Source: Candidatus Delongbacteria bacterium (lineage in GTDB: Bacteria; CAIWAD01). From it: DNA of 64,000 nucleotides. The stretch lies in the NCBI GenBank assembly GCA_963663545.1, contig OY760505.1:128001-192000 (forward strand), read 5' to 3'. A program made the position numbers and the translations under genes. Below are positions 19,579 through 29,659 of the stretch, piece after piece (positions within the stretch are counted from its first letter, which is position 1; each line of letters begins with the position of its first letter). The notes beneath the pieces were generated by a model. It did no database searches, was not told the origin of the DNA, and saw nothing but the letters and a program-made list of their open reading frames with translations.

Positions 19579-20628
19579 CTAGTCCTCTTTGTCCTGCGTC
19601 CCGCCGTTCAGGCTGCGCTCAAGACGCTTGACCCTCCGCAGCAGCTCGGGTAGCTTTGGCATGGCGGCGCTGATACGCAAAAATTCGCGCACCTCCACAG
19701 CGGGGAATCCGGCCACCTGCGCACCCGCAGGCTGAGCACTGACTACGCCGCTGTTACCACCGACGCGAACACCATCGCCGAGCTGAATATGCCCGTTGAC
19801 GGCCACCTGGCCGCCCAATTGCACACCCGCGCCAATGGTCGCGGAGCCTGCGATGCCGGTCTGAGCTGCGATGACGGTGCCGCGTCCCACGCGCACGTTG
19901 TGTCCCAGCTGCACCAGATTGTCCAGTTTGCTGCCAGCGGCTACAACCGTGGCCTCCATGGTCGCACGGTCAATGCAGGTATTGGCGCCTACCTCCACGT
20001 CGTCTTCGAGGATGACAATGCCAGCCTGGGGAATCTTGCGATAACCGCCGTTGCCGTCGGGGGCAAAACCAAAGCCCTCGGCGCCGATGACCGCGCCATT
20101 CTGCAGCACAACACGGTTCCCCAGACGACAGGCTTCACGCACCTGGACGCCGCCATGTAAAAGACAATGCGAGCCGATTTGCACTCCTGCGTAGAGGACG
20201 CAGTTGCCAATCAGGCGCGTGTGGGCGCCAATGACGACGTCCGCCTCGACAATGCAATGGGGACCGATCCAGGCTGTGGGATCCACTTGCGCACTCGCAT
20301 CAATGACAGCACTGGCATGACTCCCGTGGCGCTCATCCACCGGAACCGGATGAAAAAGTTCAAGCGCTCGGGCAAAATCCAGGTAGGGATCATTGCTGAT
20401 CAGGGCTGCACAGCTTGTTGGCAGTAAGGGCGCAACGTCCTCCAAAATGAGAACAGCGCCCGCATGGGTCTGAGTGACAAGGTCCTGATAGCGGGGGTTG
20501 GCCAGAAAACTCAGATGCTCCGCCGTAGCCTTCTCCAGGCCGGCGGGGCCAGTAATCTGTCGCTCTCCGTCTCCCGTGTACTTCAGTCCAAGTCGCTCCG
20601 CCAGCTCAGCCAGGCGGAAAGTGGGCAT
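19579..20628 (-). CDS. lpxD: UDP-3-O-acylglucosamine N-acyltransferase
   Basis: GAEGFGF, GANTCIDRA, KLDNLVQLGHNV. Confidence 0.97.
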   Translation of the reverse strand: MPTFRLAELAERLGLKYTGDGERQITGPAGLEKATAEHLSFLANPRYQDLVTQTHAGAVLILEDVAPLLPTSCAALISNDPYLDFARALELFHPVPVDERHGSHASAVIDASAQVDPTAWIGPHCIVEADVVIGAHTRLIGNCVLYAGVQIGSHCLLHGGVQVREACRLGNRVVLQNGAVIGAEGFGFAPDGNGGYRKIPQAGIVILEDDVEVGANTCIDRATMEATVVAAGSKLDNLVQLGHNVRVGRGTVIAAQTGIAGSATIGAGVQLGGQVAVNGHIQLGDGVRVGGNSGVVSAQPAGAQVAGFPAVEVREFLRISAAMPKLPELLRRVKRLERSLNGGTQDKED

Positions 20629-21167
20629 CAGTTTTCACCCTGCAACTTATTGAGGATGCGCTCATTCAGATTCACGTCAATGGCGTCTTCGGCCACGTAG
20701 ACAACGACCGGTACAGAGTTGTCGAGGATCAGGTCGTAGCCCTCCTCCTCTGCCACCTGCTGAATGGCCTCGTTGACGCGCTCGATCAGCGGCTCCATCA
20801 CTTCCTGATTGCGGGTGTAAAAGCGACCCGATTCTTCGGAATAGATGGAAGACCGGAATTCTTCCAGCTCGGCAATCTTGCGATCGATCTTGGCGCGTTG
20901 CTCACTGCGTGCGGTGGGCGAGAGAGCGTTTTCCTGCAGCCTGAAGTCTTCCAGCTCTGCCTGGATCTCCGCCTCGCGGTTGCCGATCTGGCGATCCCAG
21001 TCCTGCTTTTCATCCTGCAGAATGCCCATGGCCTGGCGATACTCGTTGAAGTTGGCCAGAATCTGATCGGAGTTGATGACACCGACTTTCAAATCCTTCG
21101 CTTGAGCAATTCCCACGGAAAGCAGCAGAGCCAACAGCAAAAACAGACGGGTACATGCAGTCTTCAT
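20628..21167 (-). CDS. skp: OmpH/Skp periplasmic chaperone
   Basis: Signal peptide, KVGVIN, coiled coil, GYDLILD; lies between bamA and lpxD. Confidence 0.92.
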   Translation of the reverse strand: MKTACTRLFLLLALLLSVGIAQAKDLKVGVINSDQILANFNEYRQAMGILQDEKQDWDRQIGNREAEIQAELEDFRLQENALSPTARSEQRAKIDRKIAELEEFRSSIYSEESGRFYTRNQEVMEPLIERVNEAIQQVAEEEGYDLILDNSVPVVVYVAEDAIDVNLNERILNKLQGEN

Positions 21168-21194
21168 GCAAGGTCCTTTTGAACTGTGTCGGGG

Positions 21195-23504
21195 CTAGAA
21201 TTCCCGACCAAACTGGAAATGGAACTGCCAATCGCCTTTTCGCAGGCCGGTGGCAGAGTCGATTCGATCAAATCCGTAGGCATAGTCCAGGCCAATCAAG
21301 CCGATCATCGGCATGTAAAGACGCATGCCTAGGCCCGCACTGTGATACAAGTCGTTCAGCGATGCGCTGTGCAGGTTCTTCCACACGTTGCCCGCTTCGT
21401 AGAAACAGAGGCCGTAAATGGTCGGGTTGGGCAGCAACTGCAGGCGCACTTCCGTGCCCAGCTTTGTCATCACACGACCGCCATCTTCACCGGTGCCCAC
21501 GCTGCGATCAGAATAACCGCGCAGCGCCGTGCCCAGACTCATGCCGCTACCGCCCATAAAAAAGCGCTTGATCCAGGGAACGCTGCCGCCTTCGTGCAGG
21601 GCGTCCACCACACCTGCTTCCATAACGGTGTAGGTAATCAATTTGCTCAGGAATGTGCTGTAGGAGCGTGCCTCAATGGTGTACTTGTGGAAATCCTGAT
21701 CGCCCTGCAACAGGCCACCACCGAACTCACTCTGCAGACGCAGCGTGCTACCGTTTTGCGGGAACTCGGCATGATCACGGCTGTCACGGGTAAGCGCGAT
21801 GGCCAGCGTGCTGGCAATCTGCGGCTCGTCTTCAATAATGCCACGGCGCTCAAGGTCGTCACGCGCGTCTTCGTCAAAGTTGGTGTAAAGGCTCTCTTCC
21901 AGACGGTAGGTACTGGAGACGCGGAAATAGTTGTCCGGCCAATTGAGGCGACGCCCCAAGGTCACGCTACCACCGCGCAACCGCTGGTCGAAATCCCAGC
22001 TGTAGGAGCGTGTGCGCTGGATGTCGAAGATCTTGAAGCCCGCCAGGATGGGACGATCCATCAGGAAGGGCTCCTGGAATTCCAGCGAGAGACTGCGGTA
22101 GTCCTCGGCAAACTGCCAGTCGAAGATCAGCTTCTGCCCGTTACCCATCAGGTTGTTCAGCGTGAAGCCCAGCGAGCCCACCAGACCATCCTGCTCGCTG
22201 TAGCCGGCAGACATGTTGATCTGATCCGTGTTCTTCTCGCGCACCTCAATGGTTAAATCCACCTCGTCTTCGCCCGCGATGTCCACTTGCGGCATCGGCT
22301 GATCGAAGTAGTTGAGGATGGTAATATCGCGCAGACTTCGACGCAGACGAGCAACGTCGAATGTATCACCGGGATGCAGGCTCATTTCGCGACGCAACAC
22401 CTTGTCTTTGGTCTTGTCGTTGCCGACGAAGTCCACGCGATGAACGCTGAAAATGTTGCCTTCGGTGATTTGAAACTCCAGGTCAATGACACTATCGCCA
22501 CGCGGCACTTCCACTGGTTCGATGCGCGCTTGAATGTAGCCACGGTTGTAATACAAATCGTGCAGGCCTTCCTGCATGCTGCGCTCAAACTTCTTCAGAC
22601 TGTAGACGTCGCCTTCGCGAAAGAGCAATTGGCTGGTAAGGAAGTCGCTGGCAAAAACCGTGTTGCCTTTCCAGGTGATTGCGCCGAAGTAGTACTGGTT
22701 GCCTTCGTAGACGCGCAAAAACACTTTCAGATTGCCCGACACATCGTCAACGTAGACGCTGTCCGCCGTGATACGTGCATCGCGGTAGCCCTCGTTGCGC
22801 AGAAACTCGACAATGCGGTCTTTGTCTTCTTCGTAAGCATCGGCGTCAAATTTGCCCGAGCGAAAAATGCGCCGCGGGCGTGTTTTTTTCATGCGATGAA
22901 TCAGCTTGCTGTCGCGGAAGACGACGTTGCCTTCGACAATTACCTCGTCAATGCGTACACGGCGCCCCTCGTCCACGTTCACCAGCAGCGTTCCGCGACC
23001 GTCGGCGACATCGACCACATCCACGTCGACCTGGGCCATTCGATAGCTCTCTTTGGCGTAGGCCTGTAGCAGCTCTTGCTTAATCTTGTAGAGATCCAGT
23101 CCGGTAGCCGGCTGCTCGAGGGTAATGTGCTCATCGACAATTTCGCGAATACGCGAGGTGCGCAACTTGTCGTTCCCCTGGATTTCTACCGCGCTGATCC
23201 GGGGCAATTCCTCGACAAGAATTTCCATGTAGATGCCATCGGGAAGCTCGCGCGTGAGCAGCACCTCCACACTGGAAAAACGGCCCAGATCCCAAAGCTG
23301 GCGGATGGCGTGTTGCACATCTTCACCGCTAACGGGTTGGCCCGTGCGCAAGCCGCTGTTGATGCGGATCAGGTTTTCGTCGGTGGTAGTGTTTCCACTA
23401 ACCGTGATCCCAAGCAGGGTTGTGTTTCGTTCGGTCTCCGTCTGGGCCAGCAAAAGAAGCGGTAACACCAGGAGGAGCAGGAAGCGGACGAGGCAATGAC
23501 GCAT
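21195..23504 (-). CDS. bamA: Outer-membrane protein assembly factor BamA
   Basis: POTRA repeats (GNDKTKDKVLRRE), LRGY motif, C-terminal FQFGREF. Confidence 0.96.
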   Translation of the reverse strand: MRHCLVRFLLLLVLPLLLLAQTETERNTTLLGITVSGNTTTDENLIRINSGLRTGQPVSGEDVQHAIRQLWDLGRFSSVEVLLTRELPDGIYMEILVEELPRISAVEIQGNDKLRTSRIREIVDEHITLEQPATGLDLYKIKQELLQAYAKESYRMAQVDVDVVDVADGRGTLLVNVDEGRRVRIDEVIVEGNVVFRDSKLIHRMKKTRPRRIFRSGKFDADAYEEDKDRIVEFLRNEGYRDARITADSVYVDDVSGNLKVFLRVYEGNQYYFGAITWKGNTVFASDFLTSQLLFREGDVYSLKKFERSMQEGLHDLYYNRGYIQARIEPVEVPRGDSVIDLEFQITEGNIFSVHRVDFVGNDKTKDKVLRREMSLHPGDTFDVARLRRSLRDITILNYFDQPMPQVDIAGEDEVDLTIEVREKNTDQINMSAGYSEQDGLVGSLGFTLNNLMGNGQKLIFDWQFAEDYRSLSLEFQEPFLMDRPILAGFKIFDIQRTRSYSWDFDQRLRGGSVTLGRRLNWPDNYFRVSSTYRLEESLYTNFDEDARDDLERRGIIEDEPQIASTLAIALTRDSRDHAEFPQNGSTLRLQSEFGGGLLQGDQDFHKYTIEARSYSTFLSKLITYTVMEAGVVDALHEGGSVPWIKRFFMGGSGMSLGTALRGYSDRSVGTGEDGGRVMTKLGTEVRLQLLPNPTIYGLCFYEAGNVWKNLHSASLNDLYHSAGLGMRLYMPMIGLIGLDYAYGFDRIDSATGLRKGDWQFHFQFGREF

Positions 23505-23644
23505 GCGTAGTAGTCGCTTGATCTTGAACTAATGATTCGATCGAACTTCACAAGATAGGGCCGCCGTAGCACAATGCCAAAGGCAACGCGACTCCAACGT
23601 GCCAGAACAGCACAATGTTTCCTTGTTCTAAGGAAGGAGGTGTC

Positions 23645-24385
23645 TTAGCGCAGACTCTGCGAAAGCAGTAGTTGACCCGCGAGTACCGGCAGCGCGGTTT
23701 CAACACGCAGGATGCGCTCGCCCAGATGGATGGGATGGAAGCCCAGCGAACGAAGCAGCTCGACTTCGAAAGGCACCCAGCCGCCTTCTGGGCCAAGCGC
23801 GATGCAGGCAGGACCGCCACGAAGTAGATCCTCCCGCGTCAGTGTGTCACGGCTCCCCGGGTGCGGAAGGAGACGCAGCGCATTGGCGGGAAGCAACTGC
23901 GGGAGCCAGTCCTCGACGGCTTGACGAAAACGGTCGACGAGAACGATCTGCGGTTGTCGTACGCAGCCGGCCTGCATCAGACCGTCCTGCAAATGACGAC
24001 GCCATTCTCCGTCGACGAGTAGTTTGCTCTGAAAAAAGGATTTCTCTACTCGTGCACTACGGCAGAGCAACAAGCGTGATACACCAAGTTGGGGTAGTGC
24101 GAAAAGTACTTTACGCAAGGTTTGTGGACGCGGCAGGGCCAGTAAAAGCGTGAGTTGAGGATCTGCTTCGGGCGTTGCTTCTCTGCGATAGGCCAGTAGT
24201 GCGTGAGAGGAATCCAGCTCCAGTACTTCGACGCTTCCCCGTGAGCGATTCAGGACTCCCGCGCGCAATGTGTCACCGACCTTGGCAGAAAGCACTCTGC
24301 GCAGGTGTTCCAGACGGGGGTCTCCCTGCAGTAGCAGACAGCGACCTTCCTGTGGTTCACCCGCCTCAAAGAGAAGCAGATTCAT
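23645..24385 (-). CDS. rsmE: 16S rRNA m3U1498 methyltransferase
   Basis: LGPEGGW, LGERILRVETA. Confidence 0.95.
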   Translation of the reverse strand: MNLLLFEAGEPQEGRCLLLQGDPRLEHLRRVLSAKVGDTLRAGVLNRSRGSVEVLELDSSHALLAYRREATPEADPQLTLLLALPRPQTLRKVLFALPQLGVSRLLLCRSARVEKSFFQSKLLVDGEWRRHLQDGLMQAGCVRQPQIVLVDRFRQAVEDWLPQLLPANALRLLPHPGSRDTLTREDLLRGGPACIALGPEGGWVPFEVELLRSLGFHPIHLGERILRVETALPVLAGQLLLSQSLR

Positions 24386-24390
24386 GGGAA

Positions 24391-25806
24391 TTACTCGTCT
24401 TCTTCGTCCAGCATCAGCGCCTGACGCGCCGTGCTTAGATCGAGGAACTGCGGAATACGCACCGAGAAGGTGCTGCCTTCGCCCAGCTCTGAAAGCAGTT
24501 CGACGCGTCCGTCAAGCAGTCCGACAAGACGGCTCGTGATCGCAAGTCCCAGCCCTGTGCCCGTGTGAGAGCTTTGGCCGGAGCTACTTCCTTGGCGGAA
24601 GCGTTCGAAGATGAGGTCTTGTTCTTCCTTGCGGATACCGATGCCTGTATCACACACTTCAATCAGCACCGTGCCCTCGCGAACGGCGATGCTCAGGGTT
24701 ACGCTACCCTTTTGCGTGAACTTGATCGCATTGCCCAGCAGGTTGATCAGGATACGCTCGATTTTCGCGCGGTCGCTTACGGTCTGTAGCTGCTCGGGGA
24801 GTTCAGCCTTTAACTCCAGGCCCCCCTCTTGTGCTAGTGCTTCAATCTGGACCACGACCTCACGGCAGACGGCGCTGACATCGATGTGCTCCAGATCCAC
24901 GCGCATGCGGCCCGCTTCCAGGCGTGAGTAGTCCAGGATGTTGTTGATCAGCTTGAGCTGGTTGCGCGACGAGGTCAGCACGCGTTCGAGGCTCATGCGC
25001 TGGCGATCGTTCAGGTTCTGATCGCGTAAAACGATGCGCGTGTAGCCTTGAATTGCATTTAGCGGCGTACGTAGCTCGTGGCTGACGGAGCTCAAAAACT
25101 CGTTTTTCAGCCTGCGCGCTTCCTCCGCCTTGGCCTGGGCCAAGGTGAGCGCACGTTGCATGCTTTGGCTTTCGCGCTCGGCTTCTCGTAGTTCGGCGGT
25201 CAATCGCAACAACTGCTCACGCTGCAGCGAGAGAGTCTCTTCGGATTGTTGCACAGAATGCATGTAGCGCAAGCGCATGGAACACTCGCGCACCGTGTCA
25301 TGCAAAGACAGAATGGCCTTGGTGTCGATTTCCTGGTCTGCACGCAAGCCGCACAGTAGAATTCCGGTTTCGGGGCTGTAGCTGAGCATGGAAATGGCCA
25401 GCAAAACGGCAATCTTTCGCTCACGCAGGAAAGCAACGGCGCTTTCACCCTTTACCAGATCGGCGCTAAAGGCCAGCAGTGGCTCTCCTTCAAAGTCGGG
25501 TACGGCAGATCGCAACTCCTCGCTCACGACAAAGGAAACCGGGTCTTCGTCCTGAAACAGGTCGCGTTTGGCGTAAGAGCTGTTCGCGTTGTCCGGCAGG
25601 AAATCAAGGAATGCAGGCTGGATCAACTCGCGAGTTACTCCAAGCACACTCCGCATGTGTCCCACTTCGTCACTGCCCATATCCGCCACGATTTCAAGAC
25701 GCTGAGCGTATTGATGACGTAGCGAAAGCACATTGGCGGCGTATTCAGGAAGTGGGATGATTCCGTGTGTTCTGCTCTTCGTGTCCTGCTCAACTGGCGG
25801 ATTCAT
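24391..25806 (-). CDS. Cytoplasmic sensor histidine kinase (HisKA + HATPase)
   Basis: FLSSVSHELRTPLNAI; NLLGNAIKFT; DTGIGI; GTGLGL; no TM helix seen. Confidence 0.93.
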   Translation of the reverse strand: MNPPVEQDTKSRTHGIIPLPEYAANVLSLRHQYAQRLEIVADMGSDEVGHMRSVLGVTRELIQPAFLDFLPDNANSSYAKRDLFQDEDPVSFVVSEELRSAVPDFEGEPLLAFSADLVKGESAVAFLRERKIAVLLAISMLSYSPETGILLCGLRADQEIDTKAILSLHDTVRECSMRLRYMHSVQQSEETLSLQREQLLRLTAELREAERESQSMQRALTLAQAKAEEARRLKNEFLSSVSHELRTPLNAIQGYTRIVLRDQNLNDRQRMSLERVLTSSRNQLKLINNILDYSRLEAGRMRVDLEHIDVSAVCREVVVQIEALAQEGGLELKAELPEQLQTVSDRAKIERILINLLGNAIKFTQKGSVTLSIAVREGTVLIEVCDTGIGIRKEEQDLIFERFRQGSSSGQSSHTGTGLGLAITSRLVGLLDGRVELLSELGEGSTFSVRIPQFLDLSTARQALMLDEEDE

Positions 25807-27236
25807 AGAGGCTCGTTCTCCGGATCCTTAAACCGTCTCGCCTGCAACAATCTGATAATGGCCGTCAACTCATCCAGATTGTCTGAAGCCGCATCCAAGC
25901 GTGCGTCCAAATCCTGGCTCGCTGGCTCGATTCCGTCGATCAACTGGGTACACGAGTTCAGCGCCGGCAGCAGGCGTCGCAGAGCGTTATCGACTACTTC
26001 GTTGGCCGCATCCAGTCGGCGCAGCTCAAGATTCTCCAGTCGCAGACGATGCAGCCGCATGCGCGAACGAATGCGCAGAACCAACTCTTCCATCTGGAAG
26101 GGACGCACCAGCACATCATCCACACCATTGCGCAAGAGCTCGATGCCGGGTACGTTGGCGCCGATTTCCAGCGGTGTCGGCAATACAGCAAGCACCGGCG
26201 GGCAGGGGCAGTTTTCCTTTCTCTTCAATTGCGCAATAGCGTCTTGGGCACGCTCGATTTGATCAGGAATCGCCAGTAGAACCAGCCAGGGCTGCTCGTC
26301 CTTCTTGAGTTCGCTCATTGTGACGACGCTGATATCGTGTCGCGCAAGATCCTCGGCCAAACTTCTACCCGTGCCAAGTTGATCAATCATCAACACTCTG
26401 CCATCCGCTAGCGTTCGCGGTGCGGCTGCCGTAGGCGAGCCCTCAGGTGACTCTTCCTGAGCTGTGGAGTCAGCGTTACTGAAAACAGGGCAGGTCTTCT
26501 CAGCCGCTTCTTCTTTCTTGCCGTGAATGTTGACGATGTAAAGCCCGCAGGCGTAGTCTTCCAGTTCCACGCGCTGCAATTTGGTCATCTTGTCGGCCAA
26601 AGAGCGCGTTTTCAGCAGGCAGCTGCGTATCTGCTCCAGGCGATCGCGGATCCCTTCCGCCTGCAAGCGTCCGCTGCGCACGCCACTCTGCAGAAGCTGC
26701 AAGTAGCCCGAGGCTCCTGCCAACGGCTGGGACAACTCATGGGCGGCAGCGCCTACCATGGCAACCTGTGTCTGATGCCGCGTTATCACATCACGTTCGC
26801 GCTCAAGCTGCAGAATGCGCAACTGCACTTCGACACGAGCCAACACTTCTTCGATATCAAATGGCTTCACTAGGTAGTCGTCGGCACCACGGCCAAAGCC
26901 TATGGTTTTGTCGCCCAGCTCGCCTTTGGCCGTCAGCAAGATGATGGGCATGCGCGCCCATTTCTCATTTGCTTTGATGACGCGGGTCAGCTCAAAGCCG
27001 TCCATGCCCGGCATCATGACATCCAGCAGACCCAGATCAGCGGGTTCGCGCTCGAGCACTTTCAGGGCCTCTTCGGCATTGGCCGCCGTCAGCACCCTGT
27101 AGCCGCGATCCTCCAACTCGATCTGCAGGAGATCCACGTTGAAAGGCTCGTCGTCAACAACGAGGATTGTGGACGGTCCTTCCTGCTTGGGCAATTCGGG
27201 TTCGTCCTGCTGAAAATGGGCATCGATATCGATCAC
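25803..27236 (-). CDS. Response regulator: REC-DHp followed by degenerate REC-DHp
   Basis: ILVVDD, LLDVMMPG, KPF; AAAHELSQPL; second copy LVLLA...VLVRPF. Confidence 0.85.
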   Translation of the reverse strand: MIDIDAHFQQDEPELPKQEGPSTILVVDDEPFNVDLLQIELEDRGYRVLTAANAEEALKVLEREPADLGLLDVMMPGMDGFELTRVIKANEKWARMPIILLTAKGELGDKTIGFGRGADDYLVKPFDIEEVLARVEVQLRILQLERERDVITRHQTQVAMVGAAAHELSQPLAGASGYLQLLQSGVRSGRLQAEGIRDRLEQIRSCLLKTRSLADKMTKLQRVELEDYACGLYIVNIHGKKEEAAEKTCPVFSNADSTAQEESPEGSPTAAAPRTLADGRVLMIDQLGTGRSLAEDLARHDISVVTMSELKKDEQPWLVLLAIPDQIERAQDAIAQLKRKENCPCPPVLAVLPTPLEIGANVPGIELLRNGVDDVLVRPFQMEELVLRIRSRMRLHRLRLENLELRRLDAANEVVDNALRRLLPALNSCTQLIDGIEPASQDLDARLDAASDNLDELTAIIRLLQARRFKDPENEPL

Positions 27237-28132
27237 GGGGTCCGCCTTACCACTCGTGCGCCGCGACGCGTGATACGAATCTCACCCCGACCTGAGTCGG
27301 GAGCGAATTCCTGTTGAGCCTGGTTGATCTGCAGGCGCAGGTCCTCGATTCTTTCGACGATCAAGGTGAGTTGCCGATCGCAGACCACGTCAATGGCTGA
27401 ATCCGCCCGCAGAATTCCGTTGTAATACAAACTGTCTTCTGAGAAGAGCATGACCGCACCGGGCAGGGTCAGCGAAAGGTGCGAGAGATAGTCGTCTTCG
27501 CTACTAAGCACCATCGTGCCGCTTCCTTCGGCTATTGGCGTCTCTTCAATTCGCTCATGACCAGTGGGATCGCTCGTGCAGGAGCGCACGCCCAGGACCA
27601 GCCAGATCAGCAACCCCGCCAGGATCACTGCGGGAAGGAAAAAGAGCGTCTTAACCCAACTGGGCAGCACGCCCCAGAAAGTGGGGATGCGATGCTCGTC
27701 CTCCGTCGGCTGCCAATCGTGCGCCAGAGGTCCCCCTGGTTGGCGACCTCCGTCCAAGGGCAGTTTTCCCTGAGTTCCGCTGGGCGCCGCGTGAGTCATG
27801 CCCTGGCCCGCTTCACGCAGTTCGCGTACGACAGAATCGGCCTGGGGCGCAGGAGCTTCGCTGATGGTCGCTGTTGGAGGCCGGTAATTCAGCTCGCCAA
27901 AGCGCTTCATCACCTTCTCAAGATTCATGCCGACGGCGTCAGCGTAATTGCGGAGGAAACCCGGCAGATAGGCGAAAGGGATTTGTTCCCATCGACCCGC
28001 CTCCAGCGCCTCGAGATAGAAGCGGGAGATATGCGTCTCCTCCGCTACCTGCTCGAGCGAAATGCGCTGGTACTCGCGAGCTTCGCGCAAGTCCTTGATG
28101 AAAGCCACAATGTTACTGTTCTGGTCCGCCAT
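27233..28132 (-). CDS. RodZ-like HTH membrane protein
   Basis: LREARE..ISLEQVAEETHI..YLEALE..GFLRNYA; one TM helix. Confidence 0.85.
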   Translation of the reverse strand: MADQNSNIVAFIKDLREAREYQRISLEQVAEETHISRFYLEALEAGRWEQIPFAYLPGFLRNYADAVGMNLEKVMKRFGELNYRPPTATISEAPAPQADSVVRELREAGQGMTHAAPSGTQGKLPLDGGRQPGGPLAHDWQPTEDEHRIPTFWGVLPSWVKTLFFLPAVILAGLLIWLVLGVRSCTSDPTGHERIEETPIAEGSGTMVLSSEDDYLSHLSLTLPGAVMLFSEDSLYYNGILRADSAIDVVCDRQLTLIVERIEDLRLQINQAQQEFAPDSGRGEIRITRRGARVVRRTP

Positions 28133-28153
28133 AGAAGCAAGGTACAAAGTTGT

Positions 28154-28774
28154 TTAGTTCCTGTCACACTCCAGGGCGAAGCCTAGCAGTGTTCTCCACA
28201 GATGTGATACAGGTAGTCCCATCACGTTGAAGTAGCACCCCTCGAGCCCGGCCACCAGTAGTGCGCCCAATTCCTGAATTCCGTAAGAGCCGGCCTTGTC
28301 CATCGGCTCACCCGACTCTACATAGGCTTCGATTTCGGCGCACGAGAGCGGGTGAAAGGTAACACCTGTGATACATGCTTCGCTGGTTTTTGTGATACCA
28401 CCGCTTAGGGAGTCTTGATAATGCAAGCAGTAGCCCGTATACACTTCGTGCCTACGCCCCGCCAGGCGCGACAGCATGCGAATGGCATCCTCACGGTCGC
28501 GCGGCTTGCCCAGAATCTCGCCATCGATGACCACAATAGTGTCTGCCGAGATGATAATGCTACCCGGCGTTTGCTCCGCTACCGGACGTCCTTTGAGCTC
28601 GGCGAGCTCCAACACGAGACCGCGGGGATCAAGGTGTCCGGTGTGATCCTCGTCGACAGGAATCGTGATCACACGGAACTCAAGACCGATACGAGTCAGC
28701 AACTCTTTTCGGCGGGGGCTACCTGAGGCCAGCACCAGTGGTGGAAGCGGGGGATGAATGGAAGCCTGTGTCAC
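28154..28774 (-). CDS. maf: Maf nucleoside-triphosphate pyrophosphatase
   Basis: LASGSPRRKELL, ADTIV, GKP, DKAGSYGIQ, NVMGLP; GTG overlaps the upstream TGA. Confidence 0.95.
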   Translation of the reverse strand: MTQASIHPPLPPLVLASGSPRRKELLTRIGLEFRVITIPVDEDHTGHLDPRGLVLELAELKGRPVAEQTPGSIIISADTIVVIDGEILGKPRDREDAIRMLSRLAGRRHEVYTGYCLHYQDSLSGGITKTSEACITGVTFHPLSCAEIEAYVESGEPMDKAGSYGIQELGALLVAGLEGCYFNVMGLPVSHLWRTLLGFALECDRN

Positions 28775-29649
28775 AAAAGGTCTCCTACTAGCGCAGCGAT
28801 GAGAAAGCTGAGGACGCCCATCAGCATCGCCAGGCGCAAACGATGAATCAAGGCCGCGAGCCGCTCTTTGACCGGGCCTCCGCCGCGAAGCAAATCCCAC
28901 AACAACAGGACTCCGACGCCAGCGCAGAACAGCAGTGCCACACGCTCTGGCACGCTGCGCTCAGCAAAGAGTCCGTAGCCGATGGCGTAAAGCGGTGCCT
29001 GCACCAGGAACAGCGCACCCACCTGGGAAAGCTCTCGTTTGTCCAACAATGCGGCCAGACTCTTGCGTCCTACCCGTTGGTCGGCGTCCATGTCCTGCGC
29101 GTCCTTCAATAGCTCCCGCGACATGCTAAGTACGAAAGCCAGAAAGGCTACGTCCCAGGCTGCGCGCAGACTACCTCTCACCAGGGCCCCCAGGAGCAGG
29201 CTGGCACCGCAGAGCGCGGCCACCACCAGATTGGCAATACCGGGAATCTTCACCAGCAGAAAAGCGTAGCTGGCGAGTATCAGTAGGCAAGCCAGCACAA
29301 AAACACCCGGCGCGAATGGCAGCAACAAGGCCAGAGATGCAGCCAAAGCCGCAAAGAGCGAAGCAGCGATCCAGACTTGTTTCCGTCGCAGGGCGCCACT
29401 GGGTAGGGCGCGCTCGCTATGGGCGATACGGTCCAGCTTCTCATCCGCCAGATCGTTCCATAGGTTTCCCGCTGCCAGGGCACACGCACAGGATAGTGCC
29501 GCCACCCACACATGCGCGCTGAGCAGCGCCTGTCCGCCCATGGCCAGCACAGCGCCTGTGTGCACTGCCAGAAATGCGATCAGCAGATTGGGTGGTCGCA
29601 GACTGCGCCAGAAGGCCGATAGACGAGTTATAGATGCGGGTATGCTCAT
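28771..29649 (-). CDS. UbiA-family prenyltransferase (DGGGP-synthase-like)
   Basis: GNLWNDLAD..DR..RALPSG and RELLKDAQD motifs; multi-TM. Confidence 0.88.
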   Translation of the reverse strand: MSIPASITRLSAFWRSLRPPNLLIAFLAVHTGAVLAMGGQALLSAHVWVAALSCACALAAGNLWNDLADEKLDRIAHSERALPSGALRRKQVWIAASLFAALAASLALLLPFAPGVFVLACLLILASYAFLLVKIPGIANLVVAALCGASLLLGALVRGSLRAAWDVAFLAFVLSMSRELLKDAQDMDADQRVGRKSLAALLDKRELSQVGALFLVQAPLYAIGYGLFAERSVPERVALLFCAGVGVLLLWDLLRGGGPVKERLAALIHRLRLAMLMGVLSFLIAALVGDLL

Positions 29650-29659
29650 TTGTGATCCA

